The notes beneath the pieces were generated by a model, which was not told the DNA's origin, made no database searches, and saw only the letters and a list, made by a program, of their open reading frames with translations. A program made the position numbers and the translations under genes. From the NCBI GenBank assembly GCA_965222375.1, contig CBDCTZ010000016.1, positions 928,001 through 992,000 on the forward strand: a stretch of DNA of 64,000 nt. The letters run 5' to 3'. This DNA comes from Polyangiaceae bacterium. Lineage in GTDB: Bacteria > Myxococcota_A > Polyangia > Polyangiales > Polyangiaceae. Each line of letters starts with the position of its first letter. Positions within the stretch are counted from its first letter, which is position 1. Shown in pieces: positions 9,804-18,052 of this stretch.

Positions 9804-9993
9804 AGAGCTCCCATACGAGTTGGTCCTTAACGGCCACTTCGTCAAACTCGGGATGCTGCGATCTGATCCGACTCAGGGCGATGGAACGCATCTCATCGCT
9901 CATCCGGCACGCCATTGCGAACCTGCGAGCCTCCCCCATCCGCCGGTGCACCGCCGCCTGCACTCGTGCGGCTTCGGTCGAGGTGTCGTCCAC
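9781..9993 (-). CDS. Small helical protein, putative antitoxin (MenA1-like)
   Basis: ~70 aa (DTSTEAARVQ...RIRSQHPE), overlaps the start of the nucleotidyltransferase gene. Confidence 0.65.
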   Translation of the reverse strand: MDDTSTEAARVQAAVHRRMGEARRFAMACRMSDEMRSIALSRIRSQHPEFDEVAVKDQLVWELYGVRLRR

Positions 9994-10114
9994 AGGTTGA
10001 GAGTAGCACGAGTTGGCGCAAGCATCGTGAGCCGGTTCGCCGTGGCCGCAGCCGCGGTGCCGGTGCCGTACATCGTAGCGCCGCAGCGCCATGACGACGT
10101 TGACGGGGTGGTTT

Positions 10115-10771
10115 CTAGCGTCCACGTTGGTTGCTCATGGGATATCCGATCTCCTTGATGTCGGACGATAGAGACTCAACGCTGGCCTCTGGGTTGAGGC
10201 GGTGCACGAGCTTCGTGGAAAGCGGTTGATGTTGATAGACTGCGCTTACGTCGGCGATTCGGATTTCGCGTTCGAAGTAGTCCGCAGCGAACTCCACATA
10301 CTGCTCTGGCTTGCCTTCTAGGATCGCGAGGAGGTCGCGGGAACCATCCGGGTCATCGCCAGCGGCCCACTGCGTCACGCCGCAGGACCAAAGCCGGTCG
10401 GCGGCGCGCCGCCAGATGCAGAACGTGGAGTTCTCGGTGTCGAATGCTGGCTCGTTCAAGAAGCTCGCGTGAAACTCGGTTGGAAGGTCGCCAAAGATCT
10501 TGTCGCCTGGGGACCCGGGTTGGAACGTGGGCGCTTCATGCGAAAGGCCGTGCAGTGCCACGCCGTAGGGCGCAATCAACGCAAACCAGTGATCGCCGGA
10601 TCCGTTGCGCATCGAGGCCATCTTCTCGTCCGTGCCCCAGTGCGAGTTGAACGAGTAGTAGCGATACTCCCAATCAGGAGACAGGATCGCATCCAGCATC
10701 GCCAGCCCGCTCGTGAGCCGAACAAAGCCGTGAATGTCTGGTAGCTCGGAAAGGTCGCGCGTGGAGATCAT
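10115..10771 (-). CDS. Conserved hypothetical protein (immunity-associated type)
   Basis: LAMLDAILSPDWEYRYYSF...MRNGSGD and DDPDGS motifs; clean protein-like ORF. Confidence 0.7.
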   Translation of the reverse strand: MISTRDLSELPDIHGFVRLTSGLAMLDAILSPDWEYRYYSFNSHWGTDEKMASMRNGSGDHWFALIAPYGVALHGLSHEAPTFQPGSPGDKIFGDLPTEFHASFLNEPAFDTENSTFCIWRRAADRLWSCGVTQWAAGDDPDGSRDLLAILEGKPEQYVEFAADYFEREIRIADVSAVYQHQPLSTKLVHRLNPEASVESLSSDIKEIGYPMSNQRGR

Positions 10772-10843
10772 GGTTGCCGTGTCCAGTCTACACCCGAACT
10801 CGGCCAGCCTCGCGTGCTGCCTCCTCGCTCGTTTTGTGTGGCG

Positions 10844-11521
10844 CTACGGTGCCTTGGAGTAGAATTGGAGGTACTCCTGCATCTCGGGGGAGAGTGGCTG
10901 GTCCTTGTCCGCCAGGCGGAAGTAGATCTCGTTCTCGAGCCAGAGCCTGTGCAGGAAAGACTCGAACGATGGCGCACATGAGAAGAGGGCAGGCTCTTCG
11001 AAATCCTCCTCCTCCAGATCTTCAAGGTCTAGGTCGTCGTCGTTCGGGTCAAGCATGGGTGTGCAAGCGACGACGGTGCAGTTCTGATGGGGTCCAGCGT
11101 GGAGATACCAGTGGTAGCAGTCTTGCGAGTCCGAGTAGAAGTGAACGAAGTACTCACCGGGATCCTCCCTTCGAGGAATGAGGCCGCGCGGGTACTCGAA
11201 ACTGCAGTCCGTGGGAGATCGAAACTGGCTGATGAGTCCGTCGTTGTCCATGAAGGCGAGGAACTCCTTCGGCAGCGTTACTCGGGCGTTCGTGGTCTGC
11301 GCGAGCAGTGCCTGCCTCTGTTTCGCAATCCAGCCCGGTGGCCTTCCAGCCGGAGCTGAGTCGGCGTTCGCAAGCCAATGAAACGTCCCGTCTAGCTTGC
11401 GCCCCGGCAGCGGTGCAAGCTCATCCAGGGCATATCGGCAATACGTGCGATCACACGGGCGAGCGGCTCCAAGGTTGAACCCGATCCACACGGGCATGAA
11501 CGGGAGGTCACGACTTGTCAT
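10844..11521 (-). CDS. SMI1/KNR4 (SUKH)-like immunity protein
   Basis: TLPKEFLAFM motif, DSQDCYHWYL, APSFESFL near the C-terminus. Confidence 0.6.
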   Translation of the reverse strand: MTSRDLPFMPVWIGFNLGAARPCDRTYCRYALDELAPLPGRKLDGTFHWLANADSAPAGRPPGWIAKQRQALLAQTTNARVTLPKEFLAFMDNDGLISQFRSPTDCSFEYPRGLIPRREDPGEYFVHFYSDSQDCYHWYLHAGPHQNCTVVACTPMLDPNDDDLDLEDLEEEDFEEPALFSCAPSFESFLHRLWLENEIYFRLADKDQPLSPEMQEYLQFYSKAP

Positions 11522-11540
11522 CGGCCAGCTCCACTGGAGG

Positions 11541-11890
11541 CTAGATAAGGGAGGCCTTCCCCAGTTGCTCGCCCGCCGCGCTGCCTTGGACCGCCTCAGC
11601 GAGCGTCATCATCTGCATGAAAGCGCGCAGGGCGGGGTCGCCCGCTGCAATCGCTTTCCAGTGCTCGGCGAACACCTCCGCAGAAATGTCTCCGATGAGC
11701 GTGACAAGTAGAAGCGATGCTTCCGGTGGCGCCAGATTCGCTGCACCTTGAACTGCTCCGCGACGGCGAAAACGAAGTCCGTAGCCGTGACGAGGTCATT
11801 GATATCCACAGCAACCATCATCGCAACTGCAGGGCCATCCGGCCCTTCCACATCGACCGTCTTGATTTGTTGGATCGAGTTTTCAGCCAC
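11541..11890 (-). pseudogene. Frameshifted hypothetical gene
   Basis: N-terminal part MAENSIQQIKTVDV...EQFKVQR switches frame near 11735 into APPEASLLLVTLIGD...GKASLI*. Confidence 0.5.
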
Positions 11891-12074
11891 GCGCCCCTCT
11901 TGCCGATGCTGGCTCCACCGCGCTCTCAGCGTTTCGGCAGCGAATGCCAAGTCCAGCCCAACGTACCACGCTACGGGTGCTCGGTGGGAGGGCGTCGCGG
12001 TCTCCTGGGTGCTTCCGTGCTACCGCTAGCCTCGGCGTTTGCGACGCAGCTGCTGCGTGCGTAGTGTGGCATCG

Positions 12075-12548
12075 ATGACAGACGCATTCGGGGGACGTTG
12101 TTTTTGCGGGAAGGTGAAAGTGGAGGTTCGGGGCGCTCCGTTGGCGGCGGGCTATTGCCACTGCGTCGAGTGCCGCGCGTGGCACAGCGCGCCGGTCAAC
12201 GCTTGGGCGGTGTGGCCGAAGGATGCCTTCAAGATCGTCGAAGGGCAGGACGACGTGCGACACGACTACAACCACCACGGCAGCGATGGCCCCAGTGAAC
12301 GGATGTGGTGCTCGCACTGCGGTGGCTCCCTGGGCAACCAAAAGCCGAAGATCGGAATGACGGTCGTCTACGCGATGACCTTGCGCGACTCAGCGTTCGA
12401 GTTCCAGCCCACGCTGCACATTCACTACAAAGAGCGAGTCCTCGACATGAAAGACGGCTTGCCCAAGTTCGCGGACGAGCCCAAAGCATTCGGCGGCTCC
12501 GACGAACGAATCCCCGAACCCACAGCCACAGCATGGCATGGTGGCTGA
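12075..12548 (+). CDS. GFA (CENP-V/glutathione-dependent formaldehyde-activating) family protein
   Basis: GRCFCG, CHCVECR and CSHCG zinc motifs. Confidence 0.9.
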   Translation: MTDAFGGRCFCGKVKVEVRGAPLAAGYCHCVECRAWHSAPVNAWAVWPKDAFKIVEGQDDVRHDYNHHGSDGPSERMWCSHCGGSLGNQKPKIGMTVVYAMTLRDSAFEFQPTLHIHYKERVLDMKDGLPKFADEPKAFGGSDERIPEPTATAWHGG

Positions 12549-12638
12549 GCGCGAGCTCAGTCGCGTAAGGAAGACCGCCGTCGCGCTCCCCGGAGTGAGC
12601 GAGGTGCGTCTCGACGCAGTTTTGCACGAACGTTGAGT

Positions 12639-13285
12639 CTACAATCCGATGCCCGCGCCGCCTTGACCGCGACAATCTCGCTGTTCGCTGAAGTCGGAGA
12701 AGTCGAACTCGCTCTGGCGGAACGGCTGCAGCAGTCGCCGTAGCGTTTCCTCGCTCACCTCCATGGGCGCGTCAGGTGCGAGGCGACCATTCCCATCACG
12801 GCGGTAGAGATCCGGTCGCCTGCCGACGTACTTTCCGCGGAAGCTCTCGAGCTTCTTGAACAACTCTATCGGGTCAAAGGAACACGCCGGCTTCTTCAGC
12901 TGCCCATGCACCGACTGCAGCTCCGTAGACGCAATCAATCGATTCCACGCCTTGAGCAGCCCCTCAGGATCTAGCTTCCCCGGCGCCTCACAACAGGCAA
13001 TGACCGACTTCACGTAACTATCCGTGGCGGGCGAGTCCCCACTCCCAAACCCCAAGTCCTCAGACACGAACTTGCACGCCGCTTGACGTCGGCAGAAGGC
13101 GGCTCGCTCGCCACGGGGGCAGAGTCCGCAGGTTCGGATGCCAGTGAACTCTCACTCCGTTCAACGGTACCCTTGTTTTCTGGTGGAGCACTGGCCGGCG
13201 ACACAGCTCCGTCCGGCTGTTGCCCACGCGCGCCGCAACCGACGAGGCATAAGAACGTTACTAACAGGTGGATGTGCGGGCGCAT
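12639..13285 (-). pseudogene. Frameshifted lipoprotein gene
   Basis: MRPHIHLLVTFLCLVGC lipobox; the frame shifts near 13082 into AACKFVSEDLGFG..., joining track ORFs 13010-13309 and 12639-13067. Confidence 0.5.
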
Positions 13286-13295
13286 CGGGGCGAAA

Positions 13296-13895
13296 TCAAG
13301 CACCATCACCTGGGGCCAGGCGCCGCTCCAAGTTCAGCATCAGTCCTTCGAGATCGACAGCTTTTTCCGGGCGCAATTCTCGCAGCCGGCTAGCCGCTTG
13401 ATGAACGGCCTCCAGAATGGCGCGCCCGGATTCATCCAACGGGCAATCGTCTTCAAGTAGATAGTCGAGGTCCATTTCATCGTAGTCAGCGACGATCGCT
13501 TCGTACCCACCGATTGCATTTTCGAGGTCGGAAACGGCTTCTCGACACTTCGAGTGTCGAAGGACGCGAGGAAAGATTTCCTCGGGATAGTGGCCCATGA
13601 CTTGGCAGGCCATGCCCGTTGCCAAGCGGCTGGCAAGTTCCTCCTCACGCGGCCGCTTCATGCCCGAGAAACGGCTAGTCAGATCGTCGCAGAGCCGCGC
13701 CAGATCCGCACCGTCGCTCCAAACAGCGCCAGAGATAGGATTCCTCGGATAGCCGTTTGCCAGGTCGCGAAGCTCCTCGAGCTGCCCAAGCAGAAAGTTC
13801 AGCACTTCCTCGGAGGCCACTCGCGCATCATCGTCTCCGCTTGCCTTATGCAAAGCTTCAACGAGCTTTCGTGCTTTGGCAGGGCTGAGAGCCAT
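13296..13895 (-). CDS. Hypothetical all-alpha protein
   Basis: Protein-like acidic helical ORF starting MALSPAKARKL. Confidence 0.6.
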   Translation of the reverse strand: MALSPAKARKLVEALHKASGDDDARVASEEVLNFLLGQLEELRDLANGYPRNPISGAVWSDGADLARLCDDLTSRFSGMKRPREEELASRLATGMACQVMGHYPEEIFPRVLRHSKCREAVSDLENAIGGYEAIVADYDEMDLDYLLEDDCPLDESGRAILEAVHQAASRLRELRPEKAVDLEGLMLNLERRLAPGDGA

Positions 13896-14004
13896 GGCGT
13901 CTCCGTCCCGTAGTCTACCAGAGGCAGCGCGCGACTCTATTGTCCGGTCGATGGCGCTCGGTCGCGTCGAGGGTCTCGCGATTTCTGCTTCCGCGCGCCG
14001 CGCG

Positions 14005-14370
14005 TCACTCAAGAGACACGCCGACATGGGACACCAGCCGGCAGTGTTCGCAGATGAAGTCGAACCCGGCCATGCCGCGCGAGGATTGGTCAGCCTGTTG
14101 TGCCCAGGTTTGTCCGCAACCGGGAGAAGGACGCACGCTTTCGCCCTTCTCTAGCGCGTAATAGCGTTGAAGATAGTAGTACGTCGGTGCGTCGAGCGCG
14201 CCCTCGATTCTAGCCGCCAGCTCCCGCCCGCGGCGCGCCAGTTCGGTGTCAACGTCCGCCATCTGTTCGTAGGCAGGTTTCTCCAGGTCGCGTGAGTCCA
14301 ACCAAACGTGGTCGTGGTGCTTGTACGCGTTCATCCAGAAGACGGGCTCTTCTCGAAGCTGCTGGTTCAA
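14005..14370 (-). pseudogene. 5'-truncated DUF2310-like Zn-ribbon protein
   Basis: PTYYYLQRYY...PGCG...FDFICEHCRLVS matches the C-terminal half of DUF2310 (recall); no plausible N-terminal half. Confidence 0.6.
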
Positions 14371-14740
14371 CACACAAGCCCGCCGAACACGGAAGCTCGC
14401 GTGACGAGGCCGACGAAGTAGGGCACAGACGCTAAGGCCCGCCCAAAGCACCGCGGTCCGAAATCATCGACGCACTCCGACGCAAACGTCCCGCCCTGCC
14501 ACGCGCAGCGCCGACGGCAACGTGATCCCGCCTCATAGTTGGCTTTGGGGGGGACCGGCGAGGTGCCGCGCAGCGCCGCTGAGACGAGGCTTAAGAAGGG
14601 GGAGGCGGTTGGAAGCGTGCTGTTGTTGGCATTGTTCGCGCAGCTGGCAACGCTCTGGCGGGTGAGCCCGCTGAAGTGGTGTCCAGCCCTGGTGGTAACG
14701 AGTTGGTTACGAACCGCAACTCCCACCAGAGAGGACACCA

Positions 14741-15793
14741 ATGGAACGTTTTATTGGACTGGATGGGCATTCGCAAACCTGCACACTCGCCGTGATGGGC
14801 CCGACCGGCCGGCGTCTGAAGGAGCAGACGCTGGAAACCCAGGGCCGATTGCTCATCGACTTCTTGCGCGGCGTGCCTGGTCGAAAACGGCTGTGCCTCG
14901 AAGAAGGCACCCTCAGCGAGTGGCTCTGCGAGATCCTGGCGCCCCACGTGGCGGAACTCGTCGTGGTGCAACCGACAAAACGAGCAGGGGCCAAAAACGA
15001 TTCAATCGACGCTTGGCAGCTCGCGACCGACCTGCGCATCGGCAACATCAAAGGCGCTATCTTCAAAGCTCAGGGGCGTTTTTCCATGTTGCGCGAGTCA
15101 GTGCGGGCACACCGACTCACGACGGAAGACATGGTGCGGACCAAGGTGCGCCTCAACGCGCTGTACCGCTCGAGGGGTGTTCAGGTCAACGAAGAGATCT
15201 ACGACCCAGACGCTCGCGTGCAGTGGTTGGCAAAGTTGCCTCCGCCGAGAAGGAAACTCGCCGAGTTGCTTTCGACAGAACTCGATTACTTGGTGGAAGT
15301 CCGAACATGTGCCGAGCAGTGGCTGCACGAGGAATGCCAAAAGCACAAGGAAGTAAAACGCCTGATGACGGCGCCCGGCATCGGACCTGTCCGTGCGGCT
15401 TACATCGTCGCGGTTGTCGTGACGCCATTTCGCTTCTCAACCAAACGCGAGTACTTCAGCTACTGCGGGCTGGGCATCGTGACGCGCAGTTCCTCCGACT
15501 ACGAGCAGGATCCAAGAACCAAGCGCTGGGCACGCCGTGCGATCACGCAAACGCGGGGACTGAATCGCAATCGGCACCCGTTGCTGAAGGACGTCTACAA
15601 AGGCGCCGCGCTCCACGTTGTGTCGCAGCCTCGCCATCCGCTGCACGAGGACTATCAACGCTTGCTTCAGAATCTGAAGCCACCGTTGGCACGACTCACA
15701 ATTGCCCGCCGAATCGCCTCGGCGACACTGGCAATTTGGAAAAAACAGGAGGAGTACGACCCAGCCAAGCATCGCGCCAAAGACCGGAAGTAG
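14741..15793 (+). CDS. IS110-family transposase (DEDD recombinase)
   Basis: FIGLDGH, CLEE and KND..D RuvC-like residues; LMTAPGIGPV...YCGL...RSS C-terminal Tnp domain. Confidence 0.95.
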   Translation: MERFIGLDGHSQTCTLAVMGPTGRRLKEQTLETQGRLLIDFLRGVPGRKRLCLEEGTLSEWLCEILAPHVAELVVVQPTKRAGAKNDSIDAWQLATDLRIGNIKGAIFKAQGRFSMLRESVRAHRLTTEDMVRTKVRLNALYRSRGVQVNEEIYDPDARVQWLAKLPPPRRKLAELLSTELDYLVEVRTCAEQWLHEECQKHKEVKRLMTAPGIGPVRAAYIVAVVVTPFRFSTKREYFSYCGLGIVTRSSSDYEQDPRTKRWARRAITQTRGLNRNRHPLLKDVYKGAALHVVSQPRHPLHEDYQRLLQNLKPPLARLTIARRIASATLAIWKKQEEYDPAKHRAKDRK

Positions 15794-16186
15794 CGGGTCA
15801 CAATGGTCCGCACTGCGAGCTCGAGCGTGATGAACCAGCGGCGACTCCCAAGCTCTTCGAGGACAAGCACCTATGCCCCCCCTGGCCCGCTGTACGCGCA
15901 GACGAGGTCCCTAGACGAGGTTGTGCGTCCTCGGAGCACCTACTGAAGCAATGGACCCAAGAGGCCCCACCAGGAGAATCGTGCCGTCTCTTTTCTATAG
16001 GCACTACGAACGCTCGTCACGACGCCATCACTGGCTCACAAGCTGGCCCGCCCAGTGCACCATCAGGGCAACCTCCGGACACGCGTAACCGGAGCACTCC
16101 CAACTCGATACCAACTTCCGACGCTGAAACCCAACCGCCCGACGCCAGGAATGGGTCGGTGCCGCTGGCACGGGTGAAGTATGTCC
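15794..16186 (+). ncRNA. Candidate bridge/seek RNA region of the IS110 element
   Basis: Long non-coding end containing 8-nt matches to both inferred target flanks (see findings). Confidence 0.45.
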
Positions 16187-16222
16187 TTGACATCTCCCTC
16201 TCCAGGAGGGGGGCAACCCTAG

Positions 16223-16296
16223 CGCGCCCGGCAGGATTCGAACCTGCGACCCTCGGTTTCGAAGACCGATGCTCTATCCAGCTGAGCTACAGGCGC
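16223..16296 (-). tRNA. tRNA-Arg(TCG)
   Basis: GCGCCTGTAGCTCAGCTGGATAGAGCA TCGGT CTTCGAA ACCGA GGGTC GCAGGTTCGAATCCTGC CGGGCGCG; full cloverleaf, CCA not encoded. Confidence 0.95.
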
Positions 16297-16511
16297 GGAG
16301 CCAAGGAAAATGGAGAAAAATGGCGGTGCCGTCAAGGGTGACGGATTGTGAGCCGCTAGACATCAGGCGCGCGAGGTCGTGAGAGACGAAGGGGAGTGCC
16401 ACGGCCGGAAGATTGGGCTCGTGGAGGGCCATTGCGCAGGATTGTCAGCGGTTGGTGACGTCGCTCAAGTGGTGGAAGCGGGGCCCGCCACTCTGGGGTA
16501 GCGTTAGTGTC

Positions 16512-17066
16512 GTGGCGAAAGCCAAGGGTTCCAATCTGCATCACATGCGGCAATTCGTGCTGAAGCGCCTGGGGCAAGATGCGTGGGACCGTTTGGTTGC
16601 CAAGCTCTCCAAGGAGGAGCAGGAAACCTGGGCGGCACTGGTGCCCGTGGGTTGGTACCCGCTGGAGCTTCAGCTCAAGACCCTGGGGCTGATGGATCAG
16701 GTGCTAGGTCGGGGTGACGGTACGCTGATCGAGACCCTGGGTCGCTACGAGGCTGAACAGGATCTGACGGTGGTGCATCGCCTGTTCTTGCGCATGGCGA
16801 ACCCGGCATACCTGCTCGAGAAGTCGGGGGAGTACTGGGATCGCTTCTACGACGTGGGGGCTTGGGAGACGACCCGGGTCTCGTCGAAGGAAGCGCGAGG
16901 TGTGCTTCGTGGCGTGGAGCTGATGAACAACGACTTTGGCACCTACTTGGCCGCGTACATCCGCGCAATGTGGCACCTGATGGGCGCCAAGATGGAGCAC
17001 TCGTCCTGGGAGATCAAACGCGGAGCGGGTGGTCCCGTCCTGACCGTGGAAGGTCGTTGGAGTTAG
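16512..17066 (+). CDS. DUF2378/TIGR02265-like (V4R/HNOX-like) myxobacterial protein
   Basis: KAKGSNL...LVPVGWYP...YWDRFYDVG pattern. Confidence 0.65.
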   Translation: MAKAKGSNLHHMRQFVLKRLGQDAWDRLVAKLSKEEQETWAALVPVGWYPLELQLKTLGLMDQVLGRGDGTLIETLGRYEAEQDLTVVHRLFLRMANPAYLLEKSGEYWDRFYDVGAWETTRVSSKEARGVLRGVELMNNDFGTYLAAYIRAMWHLMGAKMEHSSWEIKRGAGGPVLTVEGRWS

Positions 17067-17099
17067 GGCCACCCGCTTGGGTGTCGATGGGCGGCGCGC

Positions 17100-17717
17100 T
17101 TACTTGCGCTTCTTGGCCTTGTACTTCTTTTCCGCGCGGTTGCGAGAACCCATGACCGCGGTGTCCGCGGCGTAGGCGACCTCACCGGTCACGAGGGAAC
17201 CAGGCACGGGAAGCTTCGGCACGATGAGAAGCTCGAGATTGAGCTGGGTGTCGTCCTTGTCGATCGCCTTGAGGCGCCACTTGGCGTCCATGCGTCGCAC
17301 GTTGCCTTTGACCATGTGGCCCGTCAGCACGTACTCGTTGCCGACCTTCTTCATCTCGCCGAAGCGAACGACGGCCCAGACCTTGGCGGCGCCTTTCAAG
17401 ATGGGGACCTGCAAGTAGACGTCCGTGTTCTTGCCGTTGCGGCCGACGACTTTGGCCTTGTCGAACTTCTTGATGAACTCGTCGTAGTGGCGGAAGTCTT
17501 TGACGACCTTCTTCACGTACTTGATCGGCGCGGCTACGTGCACGCGGGCGGCGCCAGCCTTGATACGGCTGCGCGACGTCTTCAGCTCGTAGCGTTCACT
17601 GTCCCGCTTCTTGATCAGGCGCTTGGCTTCCGCACTGGGCGCTGCGCTGACGGCTGGTGCGGCCATCAGAAAGCTCAGGGCCAGAGTCCATCCGAGAAAA
17701 GTGCGGCGCTTGTTCAT
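17100..17717 (-). CDS. SRPBCC/START-domain secreted protein
   Basis: Signal peptide; VAAPI..V..VV.DF.HY.EFI START-type motif. Confidence 0.75.
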   Translation of the reverse strand: MNKRRTFLGWTLALSFLMAAPAVSAAPSAEAKRLIKKRDSERYELKTSRSRIKAGAARVHVAAPIKYVKKVVKDFRHYDEFIKKFDKAKVVGRNGKNTDVYLQVPILKGAAKVWAVVRFGEMKKVGNEYVLTGHMVKGNVRRMDAKWRLKAIDKDDTQLNLELLIVPKLPVPGSLVTGEVAYAADTAVMGSRNRAEKKYKAKKRK

Positions 17718-18052
17718 TTTCCTTAGCTCCTGTGAGAAATCGTTCGTGGGGGGATAGGAGTGTGTTCTGCAGGTGCCGTGCCGGATCCTCGTTCAATACT
17801 GGTAACGCTAGGAAACCATTGGCTTCTTCTTACTTTGACGGGGCCTGGGCCCGGTGTATTCGTTTCCCCGAACGTGACATCTGGAGCCGAACGTTCTCGG
17901 CGGGTGACGCAATTCCGACACGCCTTCGCTCACGCCGTGGTTTCGCGTGCTTCTGAAGCGCTGATTTGGCAGGGAAGGTGTGCGCTTTCGCCGTCGTATC
18001 AGGTGCCCTTCGCCTCGATTTGCACCCGCCAAGGCCACCGGGATGGGTCACA

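Larger units (their letters stand above)
14587..16206 (+). mobile_element. IS110-family insertion sequence (ends inferred)
   Basis: Transposase plus ~150-nt left and ~410-nt right non-coding ends; TTGACA at 16187-16192; shared AGG at 14587-14589 and 16204-16206. Confidence 0.75.

Noticed and set aside
3600..14500. Integron cassette array
   Set aside because: No integron integrase, and I could not identify consistent RYYYAAC...GTTRRRY attC boxes by eye; IntegronFinder would be needed.
14539..16341. 600-aa + strand ORF spanning the IS110 and tRNA
   Set aside because: Alternate-frame shadow of the transposase that runs through a tRNA gene; Arg/Pro-rich with no motifs.
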